From Candidatus Babelota bacterium (lineage in GTDB: Bacteria; Babelota; Babeliae; Babelales; JABDEC01): 64,000 nucleotides of DNA. The stretch is taken from NCBI GenBank assembly GCA_013286795.1, contig JABDFA010000008.1:7283-71282 (forward strand), in the 5' to 3' direction. A model generated the notes under the pieces. The model was not told the DNA's origin. It saw only the letters and a program-made list of their open reading frames with translations, and ran no database searches. Shown here in pieces: positions 18,983-27,788 of the stretch. Within the stretch, counting starts at the first letter, position 1; every line of letters begins with the position of its first letter. The position numbers and the translations under genes were made by a program.

Positions 18983-19028
18983 CTAATTCTTAAAATAAAT
19001 ATAGATACCTGTATCTAAAAAATAAATC

Positions 19029-19326
19029 CCCCGCGCTCGCTCATATAGAAATCAAATTAATTTGTCTTTCTCCGTTCGCCCTGAGCGACCTCTGAGTGAG
19101 CGTTTACGCGAATCGAAGAGGGAGTCGAATGGGTGGAAATAAATTTAGCTAATAATGTTATAATTGCAATGTTTAGATTTTTATATAAAATCCATTCGAC
19201 TCAGTCTTCGACTCCTTACGTCGCTCAGACTTCGCTCAGGACGAACGGGATTGGAAAATGATTCTATAGCAATTATGTGATTTTACACAACAAAACATCA
19301 TTGGTATATTGCGGACGAGCGCGGGG
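19029..19326. mobile_element. GC-rich MITE-like element (copy A): nested inverted repeats around an AT-rich core
   Basis: Inner arms 19072-19133 (ccgttcgccctgagcgacctctgagtgagcgtttacgcgaatcgaagagggagtcgaatggg) and 19192-19248 are imperfect reverse complements. Outer pair ccccgcgctcg (19029-19039) / cgagcgcgggg (19316-19326). No ORF. Same arm sequence as 46298-46533. Confidence 0.6.
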
Positions 19327-19358
19327 CAAAATAAATTAGAATTAAGATTGATCGAGTA

Positions 19359-20249
19359 TTATTTGATTATAATACTTGTTTGGTCCAGCGCATTTTTTAA
19401 ACCTCTAGCCAAATCAGATGCTTTTCCCTGTGCCCAAAAATGTAAAAATATTAGTCTAGGATTTTCTTGGATCATATGATTATGAATAGATACAATTTCA
19501 ATATTTGCTTTTCTAAGAGTTTTTAAAACATCTTGTAATTCGCTTTCTAATACTGCAAAATCTCCGCAAACTACTGCATTATCATTTGTACCTCCAAAAG
19601 CTGCCCATGTATTTATGCCCATGCTTTTTCCTACCAAACATCCACATTCAGCTCGTGTAGTGCGACCTATAACAATTTTAAACATACCGTTCTTTGCTTG
19701 TCCTTTTACGCCAATTATTTTTTCAATTTCTGATCCATTTATTTTGTTTATCGTTGGTACATCTTTTTTAATTTTTTTAACATTTTTTGCTGAATCGAAA
19801 ACTTTTTTTATATTTCTGGCTAATTCCTCTGTTTTACCTTCTGCACTAAAATGCATAAAATATATTTTTGGTTCATCATAATAAAAATGATTATGTAAAG
19901 CTGTTACTTGTATATTGCTTTCTAGAGCTGTGCTCATGGCTGTATTTATTTCATGTTCTAAAAGAACTGTGTCTCCCATTATCATAACTTCAATTCCAGG
20001 CTTTTTGCCTTTTTGAAATGCTACCCAAGTTGCTAGACCCATAAATGGATCTAAATCATATCCTTCTATTTTTAGTTTAATGTCTGTTCTTGGAAAATTT
20101 GCTCTTACTACCCCTTCTTCTGGATATTCATCTAGTTTAGTGTTTAATATTTTTTCAATTAATTTTTTGTTCAGAGAATTAGTTTTATTTGCTGGATTAG
20201 TAACTGTAAAGAATGTAAATGATAACAAAATAATAATATGGTTTTTCAC
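19359..20249 (-). CDS. Secreted DUF1259-like protein (two internal repeats)
   Basis: Signal peptide. Duplicated module ...GDTVLLEHEINTAMSTALESNIQVTALHNHFYYDEPKIYFMHFSAEG... / ...GDFAVLESELQDVLKTLRKANIEIVSIHNHMIQENPRLIFLHFWAQG.... Family name recalled from pattern only. Confidence 0.5.
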   Translation of the reverse strand: MKNHIIILLSFTFFTVTNPANKTNSLNKKLIEKILNTKLDEYPEEGVVRANFPRTDIKLKIEGYDLDPFMGLATWVAFQKGKKPGIEVMIMGDTVLLEHEINTAMSTALESNIQVTALHNHFYYDEPKIYFMHFSAEGKTEELARNIKKVFDSAKNVKKIKKDVPTINKINGSEIEKIIGVKGQAKNGMFKIVIGRTTRAECGCLVGKSMGINTWAAFGGTNDNAVVCGDFAVLESELQDVLKTLRKANIEIVSIHNHMIQENPRLIFLHFWAQGKASDLARGLKNALDQTSIIIK

Positions 20250-20309
20250 AATTCTCCTTTTTTAAGTTAATATAATTTATATTTATATTATTTTAAAATC
20301 AAAAAAAAT

Positions 20310-21563
20310 ATGTTTAAAAATAGACGTCAAAATTTAGTTAATTTAATTATTTCAAAGTACCCTGAAGTAAAAAACGGTATAATATTAATTTTTGGTGGTT
20401 TTGAAAAATCAGGACAAAGATTCAGACAAGAAAGTTCATTTTTTTATTTTTCAGGAATAAACGAACCGGCAACTGTAGCTTTAGTTAAGTTAGATGGACA
20501 ATCTGATTTATATATTCCAAATAGTTCTACACGAGCTAATTGGGTAGAATCAACAATTGATTTAGATAAAGCTAAAAAATTAGGTTTTGATAATTTACAA
20601 GAATTGGGCAGTCCCATTAGGGGCTATGAATTACATCCGTTTTTTACTGAGCAAGAGTATAAAAATTTAATTTCTACTATAGAGCAAACAATAAAATCTG
20701 GTGGTAAGATTTTTGCTTTGAATCCAAAAAATCAACATGAATATTTTGAACAAAGATTTATTCTAGATCGAATTAATCACTTTATTTCAGGTTTTTTAAA
20801 CTCAGTGATAGATATTTCCCAATTAATTGCTCAATTAAGAAGAAAAAAAAGTAAAGAAGAGATAGAAAAATTATACAAAGCTGTGGGAGTCACAATTGAT
20901 GGACAAGATGCAGCAATTTCTTTAATTGGCAAAGACAAATTCGAGTACGAGGTACAAGCTGGCATAGAATATACGTTTATTGCTTCAAATTCAGGAATTG
21001 CGTTTCCTAGTATAGTAGGCAGCGGCCCAAATTCTACAGTGTTGCATTATAATTCAAATTCTAGACAAATGAAGAATGGTGATTTAGTTGTTGTTGATAT
21101 TGGTGCTGAGTTTGAACATTATTGTGGAGATATAACAAGAACATATCCTGTTTCTGGTAGATTTACTAAACGGCAAAGAGAGATCTATGATTTAGTTCTT
21201 GAATGTCAGCAATATATTGAAATGCTCGCAAAGCCCGGTATGTGGCTATCTAACAAAGATAGACCTGAAGAATCTCTAAATCATTTAGCCAGAGAGTTTT
21301 TTAAAGAACGGGGTTATGACCAATATTTTTTACATGGTCTGGGCCATTTTCTTGGTTTAGATGTTCATGATGTTGGCGATTATTCTGAACCCCTTCAAGT
21401 TGGGGATGTTATTACTATCGAACCCGGTCTTTATATTGCTCAAGAACAACTTGGCGTTCGCATAGAGGACAACTATTGGATAGTTGAAGATGGAGTTGTT
21501 TGTCTTAGCGAGCATTTGCCTAAAGATGCTGACGAGATTGAAAAGTTAGTTTTGCAAAAATAA
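20310..21563 (+). CDS. pepP: Xaa-Pro aminopeptidase (M24B)
   Basis: VLHYNSN...GDLVVVDIGAEFEHYCGDITRTYPV, HGLGHFLGLDVHD, ITIEPGLY, RIEDN metal-ligand motifs. Confidence 0.85.
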   Translation: MFKNRRQNLVNLIISKYPEVKNGIILIFGGFEKSGQRFRQESSFFYFSGINEPATVALVKLDGQSDLYIPNSSTRANWVESTIDLDKAKKLGFDNLQELGSPIRGYELHPFFTEQEYKNLISTIEQTIKSGGKIFALNPKNQHEYFEQRFILDRINHFISGFLNSVIDISQLIAQLRRKKSKEEIEKLYKAVGVTIDGQDAAISLIGKDKFEYEVQAGIEYTFIASNSGIAFPSIVGSGPNSTVLHYNSNSRQMKNGDLVVVDIGAEFEHYCGDITRTYPVSGRFTKRQREIYDLVLECQQYIEMLAKPGMWLSNKDRPEESLNHLAREFFKERGYDQYFLHGLGHFLGLDVHDVGDYSEPLQVGDVITIEPGLYIAQEQLGVRIEDNYWIVEDGVVCLSEHLPKDADEIEKLVLQK

Positions 21564-21565
21564 TT

Positions 21566-23167
21566 TTACTTTTTTCTCTTTTTATGAAACAGATATTGAA
21601 GTAAAAGTAATAAGGACCAGGAGATTAGGATGCCTAAAACTAGTGAGCTAAATAGGGCCAAATAAAAACTTTTATTTATTAAAAAACCAAGAGTTAAAAA
21701 ACCTGCTGCAGTTGCTATGATGGCTGGAAGAACATAATAAAATCGAGCTTGGATAAGATCTACAGTGTAAGCGCCCGAGCTTGTTGATGCCATGAATGTA
21801 ACATCAGATATTGGTGAAAGATTATTTCCTGCTAATGCACCTGCAAATATTGCTCCTAAGCATGGTAATAACATAATTAGATTTTCTGGGGTAATGGGGG
21901 TAATTTGTGTGTTGGTAAGAGTGATTAGCATGGGAAGAGCTATAGGAGTTATAATAGCTATTGTTCCCCAAGAGGATCCTATTGAAAGGGCGATAATAAA
22001 TGAGCTTAAAAAAATCATTAAGGGCATTAGATTTATACTTATTGTTCCTAAAATAAGATTGGCAAGATAAGTGCCTGTATTCAGATCATATTTTAAGAAA
22101 TCTCCAAATACCCATGCGCATAATATCATAATTGTTGACATGAACATCATTTGAATTCCGGATAAAATTAATTTTGGAATTTCGTTTAATTCTATTTTTC
22201 TTCTTACAATTGCAAATATTAAGCTTAGTATAAGTGAAAATAAACTTGCAAAACATAAAACTATGAATGATTTAGCGTGCTGGAAGGATTCTACAAATGA
22301 ATGTTCACCGCCAAATACATGATATCCACCGGAGTATGGCATTCCTAATATAATTAAAATTATTAAACTACCTATTGGTAATATAAAATCAGATATAGAG
22401 CCTGATTGAGTAGCTGTTTGTAGATTATGTGAAATGTCTTCTTTTCCTCCGAAAAGATTACCATTTTCATGGGCAATTTTTTCATGGTGATACATTGGTC
22501 CAAAAGATATTTTTTTTCTAACTATGAACCATGTAGAAATTATCATTATTATTGGATATAAGATAAAGGGGATAGTTTTTAGATAAACAAAAAATGGATC
22601 AGCGTAAATTAAAGGTTTGTTGGCTAAATTTAAAGATATTCCTGCTGAGCTAAGTTGACCTATCAAAAAACCAATCCAGCTTGATATTGGTGCTAATACT
22701 ACTATAGAAGATGTCGTGCCAATTAAGAATGCTAATTTAACTCTTGGTATTTTGAAAGTATCGGTTAAGTTTCGCATAACGTAACCAGTAGTTAATGAAT
22801 TTAGATAGTCATCTATAAACAAGCTTGAAGAAAGCATTAAAGAGGCTGTTTCTGCAGATTTTTTGCTAGCAGATTTTTTTATTATTATGTTACCTATAGC
22901 TTGTGCTCCTCCTGTTCTTATTACTAGTGATATTATTGTTCCTACTACAAATAGCATTACTGAGAAATATATAGTGTCACTATCTAAAAAAACTTGGGAA
23001 CTACGGAATAGAATCTGCTTTAATGCTGGAATTACTGAAAAATTAGAAGCAATAATTGCTGCTGATAATATACCTATCAAAAGAGAGGTGATAATTTTAC
23101 GTGTAGTTAATGCTAAAATTAGGACCAAAGCTGTAGGTATTAAAGTTAACCATGTATTATATTCCAT
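21566..23167 (-). CDS. Polytopic membrane transporter, NhaC-type Na+/H+ antiporter-like
   Basis: 533 aa and hydrophobic throughout (>=11 predicted TM by eye). Family assignment from general pattern only. Confidence 0.45.
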   Translation of the reverse strand: MEYNTWLTLIPTALVLILALTTRKIITSLLIGILSAAIIASNFSVIPALKQILFRSSQVFLDSDTIYFSVMLFVVGTIISLVIRTGGAQAIGNIIIKKSASKKSAETASLMLSSSLFIDDYLNSLTTGYVMRNLTDTFKIPRVKLAFLIGTTSSIVVLAPISSWIGFLIGQLSSAGISLNLANKPLIYADPFFVYLKTIPFILYPIIMIISTWFIVRKKISFGPMYHHEKIAHENGNLFGGKEDISHNLQTATQSGSISDFILPIGSLIILIILGMPYSGGYHVFGGEHSFVESFQHAKSFIVLCFASLFSLILSLIFAIVRRKIELNEIPKLILSGIQMMFMSTIMILCAWVFGDFLKYDLNTGTYLANLILGTISINLMPLMIFLSSFIIALSIGSSWGTIAIITPIALPMLITLTNTQITPITPENLIMLLPCLGAIFAGALAGNNLSPISDVTFMASTSSGAYTVDLIQARFYYVLPAIIATAAGFLTLGFLINKSFYLALFSSLVLGILISWSLLLLLQYLFHKKRKK

Positions 23168-23269
23168 AAAAAGCCTTATTTTGTGTTTGACGATAATTCA
23201 ATTTTAATTTAAAATCAATTATAACCCGTTCGAATAAAAAGTTAAGATTTTTGCAAAGGTAACATTTAT

Positions 23270-23707
23270 ATGGATATGAACAGAACTTTTTTCTTAAGAA
23301 AAGAAGATGCCAAGCCTCAATGGCAAGTGATTGATGCTGAAGGCCAAATTCTAGGAAGATTAGCGACAAAGTTGGCTACTATGCTACGCGGTAAAGATAA
23401 GGCAATTTACACTCCTCACACTAAATCTGGAGATTACATTGTTATTATTAATGCTGATAAGATTAAAATGACCAGTGATAAAATAGAGCATGTAGAATAT
23501 GCTCATTATACTGGCTGGATAGGCGGATATAAGGTTAGAAAAGCAAAAGATGTTAATCCAGAAGAACTTATACACTTAGCTGTCAAAAGAATGTTACCTA
23601 AGAATAAATTAAGTGAGCAAATTTTAAGAAGGCTTAAGATATATAAAGGTTCTGAACACCCTCATATTGCTCAGGTTGAAACAACTAAGCAAGCTAGTAA
23701 AGCTTAG
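23270..23707 (+). CDS. rplM: 50S ribosomal protein L13
   Basis: W.VIDAEGQILGRLATKLATMLRGK...YTPH.D.GD.VV.INA.KI is the canonical L13 pattern. Confidence 0.95.
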   Translation: MDMNRTFFLRKEDAKPQWQVIDAEGQILGRLATKLATMLRGKDKAIYTPHTKSGDYIVIINADKIKMTSDKIEHVEYAHYTGWIGGYKVRKAKDVNPEELIHLAVKRMLPKNKLSEQILRRLKIYKGSEHPHIAQVETTKQASKA

Positions 23708-23710
23708 AGC

Positions 23711-23755
23711 ACCCCGGTCATGGTGATGCTTCGACTTCGCTCAGCATGGCAGGCC
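23711..23755. repeat. Solo GC-rich repeat unit related to the MITE arms
   Basis: accccggtcatggtgatgcttcgacttcgctcagcatggcaggcc contains cttcgacttcgctcag, the reverse complement of the ctgagcgaagtcgaag core seen in the other elements. Confidence 0.55.
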
Positions 23756-23820
23756 TTGTTTTGCTTGCTTGGGCGCCGAAGTTTTAACGAAGGCGGCTCG
23801 AACCATAATTTTTAAATTAT

Positions 23821-23848
23821 AAAAAACGCGAGTAAAACCGCGTTTTTT
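23821..23848 (+). terminator. Rho-independent-type terminator downstream of rplM
   Basis: aaaaaacgcg-agtaaaac-cgcgtttttt: perfect 10-bp stem, 8-nt loop and a T-run. The A-run on the 5' side makes it potentially bidirectional. Confidence 0.55.
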
Positions 23849-23877
23849 TGTTCCCAATCCCATAAATTTACAAATTG

Positions 23878-23907
23878 TTGATTATTTTGCATTTTACTTG
23901 GTATAAT
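23878..23907 (+). promoter_or_regulatory. Candidate sigma70-type promoter for the ankyrin pair
   Basis: TTGATT (23878-23883), 18-nt spacer, TATAAT (23902-23907). AT-rich context makes chance matches common. Confidence 0.25.
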
Positions 23908-23949
23908 AATATCAAGTCGCTAACAATGAATTTAGAAATTATTTTCCCC

Positions 23950-23994
23950 CACCCGGTCACCCTGAGCGAAGCACGAAGTGCGAAGTCGAATGGG
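23950..23994. repeat. Solo GC-rich repeat unit related to the MITE arms
   Basis: cacccggtcaccctgagcgaagcacgaagtgcgaagtcgaatggg shares ccctgagcgaa and gtcgaatggg with the arms at 19072 and 46298. Confidence 0.6.
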
Positions 23995-24052
23995 TTTTCT
24001 AAAGATTTGTAGCGGATTAGTATAAAGTTGAATATTTAATTTTGGAGGTGTC

Positions 24053-24799
24053 ATGAAAAAGATTAATTTGTTATTGATCAATATTGTATTCTGTTACTCA
24101 GAACTTTCTTTGCTAGCTGGAGATCAGGAAAAGAAGCAAATAATGGAGAGCAATCTACCTAAGAATATTTATGCTTTAGTTAGAGGTTGGGGAGATGTTT
24201 GTGTTTGGAAATCTGGAAATCCTCCAGCTATGACAGTTGAAAATGTCGCGAATACTCGTGAACTTAATAAATTTTTAATGAATAAGGGTAATTTAGAGGT
24301 TAGAGATAAAGATGGAAATAGTTTGCTTATTATAGCATCACAGGTTTCTAATAAAGAAGATTTGGTAAAGTATCTGTTGAATTCAGGTGCAAATGTTAAT
24401 GCTGTAAATAAAATGGGGAGAACTGCATTATGGAACGCTGTATATCATAGAAATCCTGAAACAGTTAGAGTATTGCTAGATTACGGTGCAAATATTGGTC
24501 AAGATTCATTAAATCATGCTGAGACTATGTTTGTCGGCCAAAAAAATAGAAGTGGGCGGGAATTCGAAGAACATAAGTTTAAAGGCTGGCAGAAGATTTT
24601 GAATTTATTACAGTATTATCCTGAATACTTAAAAAAAAGAAAACAAGGTGAATTACAAGAAATTTCATTTGATGATTATCTACTTGCCAGAAAGGTAGGA
24701 GAAGAACTTAAGCAGGGGCAATATTTGATTCCTGTTTTGGATGAAGAAGTAATGGAATATCTTGTAGGTCCTAAAAAAGCTCGAGATATAGTGGATTAG
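24053..24799 (+). CDS. Secreted ankyrin-repeat protein (tandem paralogue A)
   Basis: GGAGG upstream; signal peptide MKKINLLLINIVFCYSELSLLAG; ANK units (GNSLLIIASQ...LVKYLLNSGANVNAVNKMGRTALWNAVYHRNPETVRVLLDYGANI). Confidence 0.88.
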   Translation: MKKINLLLINIVFCYSELSLLAGDQEKKQIMESNLPKNIYALVRGWGDVCVWKSGNPPAMTVENVANTRELNKFLMNKGNLEVRDKDGNSLLIIASQVSNKEDLVKYLLNSGANVNAVNKMGRTALWNAVYHRNPETVRVLLDYGANIGQDSLNHAETMFVGQKNRSGREFEEHKFKGWQKILNLLQYYPEYLKKRKQGELQEISFDDYLLARKVGEELKQGQYLIPVLDEEVMEYLVGPKKARDIVD

Positions 24800-24822
24800 T
24801 TAGAAATTTAAAGAGAAGTATC

Positions 24823-25554
24823 ATGAAAAGAATTATTTTGTTATTGATCACTATTGTACTTTGTTACTCAGAACTTTCTTTGCTAGCTTGTGAACAAGAA
24901 AAGAAGCAAGTAAAGGAAAGTAGGCTGCCTAAGAATATCTATAATCTAATTAGATCTTGGAAGTCTTTTCGCCCAGGTACTATTATCACCATTGAAGACG
25001 TGGCAAATATGCGAGAACTTGAAGAATTTTTAAGAAATAAAGACAATTTAGAAGCTAGAGATGAACATGGTAATAGTTTGCTTATTTTAGCATCACAAGT
25101 TTCCAACAGGGATAATTTGGTATATTATTTGTTGGGGTCAGGTGCAAATGTTAATTCTGTAAATAGAATGGGAGAAACTGCATTATGGAACGCTGTGTAC
25201 CATAGAAATCCTGAAACGGTTAGGATATTGCTGGATTATGGTGCAAATATTGATAAAAAAACATTAAATCACGCAAAGACTATGTTTTTTGGCATAAAAA
25301 ATAGAAGAGGAGAGGGGTTCGAACAGCATAAATTTAAAGGCCGGCAACAGATTTTGAACTTATTACAGTACTATCCTGACTATTTAGAAAAAGAAAAACA
25401 AGGTGAGTTACAGAATATTACGTTTGATGATTATGTGCTTGCCAGAAAGGTTGGAGAAGAACTTAAACGGGGGCAATATTTGCCAGATGTTCTGAATCAA
25501 GAAATCATAGAATATATTAGTGGGTCTAGAAAAGCTCCAATTAAACAGGGCTAA
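24823..25554 (+). CDS. Secreted ankyrin-repeat protein (tandem paralogue B)
   Basis: Collinear with 24053-24799 over its whole length, with most residues identical by eye, signal peptide included. Confidence 0.88.
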   Translation: MKRIILLLITIVLCYSELSLLACEQEKKQVKESRLPKNIYNLIRSWKSFRPGTIITIEDVANMRELEEFLRNKDNLEARDEHGNSLLILASQVSNRDNLVYYLLGSGANVNSVNRMGETALWNAVYHRNPETVRILLDYGANIDKKTLNHAKTMFFGIKNRRGEGFEQHKFKGRQQILNLLQYYPDYLEKEKQGELQNITFDDYVLARKVGEELKRGQYLPDVLNQEIIEYISGSRKAPIKQG

Positions 25555-25581
25555 AATTAAAATTCTAGCCCATCAATAAAT

Positions 25582-26688
25582 TTATTTTATAAATATTTTC
25601 TTTAAATCTTCAAAGCTTAAATATAGTAATAATAAAACAACTGAAATCCAGCAAATATAGTGAATAACTAAACGTATTTGATCTGGAATTGGCCTACGAA
25701 TTATAGCTTCAATTGTAGTGAATAAGATTTGCCCACCATCCATTATAGGTAATGGTATTAGGTTTAGTAGGGCTAAATTGATGCTAATAAAGGCAAGTAA
25801 AATGAAGAATGATTTAGCGCCTTTTTTAGCACTCTCTATAGTCTGGGCTATTATTAGAATTGGGCCACCTACGCCTTTGGTAGTCGGCTTTTTAATTAAA
25901 GATTTTAGTGCTTGAAATATTTTTACAATTATTATGTTGGTAGCTTTGATGCCATCTTTTATGCTATCTAAAAACGATTCTGGTTCAGCTTCAGGGAAAC
26001 TATTAGGATATTGAAAGCTTATATTTAAGAACCCTATTTCTTTGCCATCTTCGCTTCTAGAGCCAATTGTGTTAGTTAATGGGATTTTAGAGCCGGCTCT
26101 TTCTACTGTGATTGTTGCTTGTTGGTTAGCTAGATTTTTAAGAGCTTGGTTTAATTCTTCGATAGTTTTTATTTCTTGATTATTTATAGCTGTTATTTTG
26201 TCGTTTGGTTGTAGACCGAACTTTTCGCCTGCTGAATCTTTTTCTACAGATTTTACGATTGGATCGTAAGGGTAGAGGAGTGGGAGTTTGGGCATACCTG
26301 TCATAAATAGAGCGATCATGACGAAGTAAGCGAATACTGTATTGAATAGTATTCCTCCTAGCATGACTAGTAGTTTTTGATAGTAAGGTTTTGAGTTGAA
26401 GGAATATTCATCAGACCTTTTTGCTTCTTTTTGCTCGCCTTGAGCTACCTCTGCCATACCGGCTATTTCTACATATCCGCCTGCTGGTATTAAAGATAAG
26501 CTAAATTCAGTTTCTCCAATTTTTTTCTTAAGAATCTGTGGTCCCATCCCTATTGAAAAAGAAGGGGTTCTTATTTTAAAAATTTTACAAAATATAAAAT
26601 GACCTAGTTCATGAAACCCTATTAGAAATCCGATTCCACAAATACCTATAAATAGAAAAAAAACTGTTTTTAATATATCCAAAATCAT
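25582..26688 (-). CDS. rseP: RIP site-2 metalloprotease RseP (M50)
   Basis: HELGHF...FSIGMGP motif, PDZ-like middle (GLQPNDKITAINNQEI), C-terminal NLIPLPIMDGG. Confidence 0.9.
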   Translation of the reverse strand: MILDILKTVFFLFIGICGIGFLIGFHELGHFIFCKIFKIRTPSFSIGMGPQILKKKIGETEFSLSLIPAGGYVEIAGMAEVAQGEQKEAKRSDEYSFNSKPYYQKLLVMLGGILFNTVFAYFVMIALFMTGMPKLPLLYPYDPIVKSVEKDSAGEKFGLQPNDKITAINNQEIKTIEELNQALKNLANQQATITVERAGSKIPLTNTIGSRSEDGKEIGFLNISFQYPNSFPEAEPESFLDSIKDGIKATNIIIVKIFQALKSLIKKPTTKGVGGPILIIAQTIESAKKGAKSFFILLAFISINLALLNLIPLPIMDGGQILFTTIEAIIRRPIPDQIRLVIHYICWISVVLLLLYLSFEDLKKIFIK

Positions 26689-26897
26689 GTTTATTGCTCC
26701 CTTTACATAATATTAAACTTTGATTAAAATTAACATTAATTATCTTTTAAGTCTACAAGACTCAAGTTTTATGATATTTTTGCTAATTTTCGTTTTTTCA
26801 TTAATTCCACTTGAAAAAATCATCAAAAAATATAAAATTAAAGATACAAGTCTTTTGGCTAATTTGTAAGTATTAAAAATTTTAGGATTTTAAAAGT

Positions 26898-27269
26898 ATG
26901 CCTACGACAAATCAACTAGTCCGTTTTGGTAGAATAAAAAGCAGTGAAAAATCTAAGAGTCCAGCTCTAAAAGGAGCTCCACAAGCAAGAGGGGTATGTG
27001 TTAGGGTATTTACCACTACACCAAAAAAACCTAACTCAGCTTTACGTAAAGTGGCTCGTGTTAAGTTGGCTAATGGTAATGAGGTCACAGCCTATATTCC
27101 AGGAGAAGGTCATAATTTACAGGAACACTCTGTTGTATTAATTAGGGGTGGGAAAGTAAAAGACTTGCCAGGTGTAAAATATCATATCATTAGAGGAGCT
27201 TTAGATACAGCTGGTGTTGAAAAGAGAAGACAAGCGCGTTCTTTATATGGTACAAAGAGACCTAAATAA
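26898..27269 (+). CDS. rpsL: 30S ribosomal protein S12
   Basis: MPTTNQL...[34 protein letters not shown] is canonical S12. Confidence 0.97.
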   Translation: MPTTNQLVRFGRIKSSEKSKSPALKGAPQARGVCVRVFTTTPKKPNSALRKVARVKLANGNEVTAYIPGEGHNLQEHSVVLIRGGKVKDLPGVKYHIIRGALDTAGVEKRRQARSLYGTKRPK

Positions 27270-27283
27270 GCTAAAGGTAAGAA

Positions 27284-27766
27284 ATGGCAAGACGTAAAAA
27301 AGTCGAATTTGTAAGAGAAATTGGGGTTGATGTTAATTATGGTTCTGAATTAGTTCAGAAGCTTATTAATGTTGTTATGGAGCGTGGCAAAAAAAATGTT
27401 GCTAGAGCTATCGTTTATGATGCAATGGATGTATTGTCCAAAAAAGTTGGTGGCGACAAGGATAAAACTTTGAAATTATTTCAAAGGGCTTTTGACCAAG
27501 TGATTCCTGCTGTAGAAGTTAGACCTAAAAGAGTTGGGGGGAGTGTTTATCAGATTCCTATGGAAGTTCGCCCTGTTAGGGCTAGGTCTTTGGCTTTAAG
27601 ATGGCTGGTTAATGCAGCTGCTGAAAGACGTGACAAAACTATGGGTCTAAGATTGGGGTATGAAATATTAGAAGCTAGTGAAGGTCGTGGTAATGCGATC
27701 AAGAAAAAGTTAGATGTACATAAGATGGCAGAATCCAATCGTGCCTTCTCTCATTATGCATGGTAA
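27284..27766 (+). CDS. rpsG: 30S ribosomal protein S7
   Basis: S7 pattern (VEVRPKRVGGSVYQIPMEVRP.R...LA.RW...AA; ESNRAFSHYAW C-terminus). Confidence 0.97.
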   Translation: MARRKKVEFVREIGVDVNYGSELVQKLINVVMERGKKNVARAIVYDAMDVLSKKVGGDKDKTLKLFQRAFDQVIPAVEVRPKRVGGSVYQIPMEVRPVRARSLALRWLVNAAAERRDKTMGLRLGYEILEASEGRGNAIKKKLDVHKMAESNRAFSHYAW

Positions 27767-27788
27767 TTATTAAGAGTTAGGTTTAATT

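Noticed and set aside
18983-19028. tagatacctgtatcta palindrome after recR as a terminator.
   Set aside because: The loop is only 2 nt and no T-run follows on the plus strand, so it is not convincing.
19029-19326. Possibility that the GC-rich repeats form a CRISPR array.
   Set aside because: The repeats are long inverted arms around a single AT-rich core, not short direct repeats with regular spacers. No cas genes are present.
26811-26836. TTGAAA ... TATAAA as the promoter of the str operon.
   Set aside because: The spacer is only 14 nt, and such hexamers occur by chance throughout these AT-rich spacers. Promoter calls in other spacers, such as 63418-63535, were left out for the same reason.
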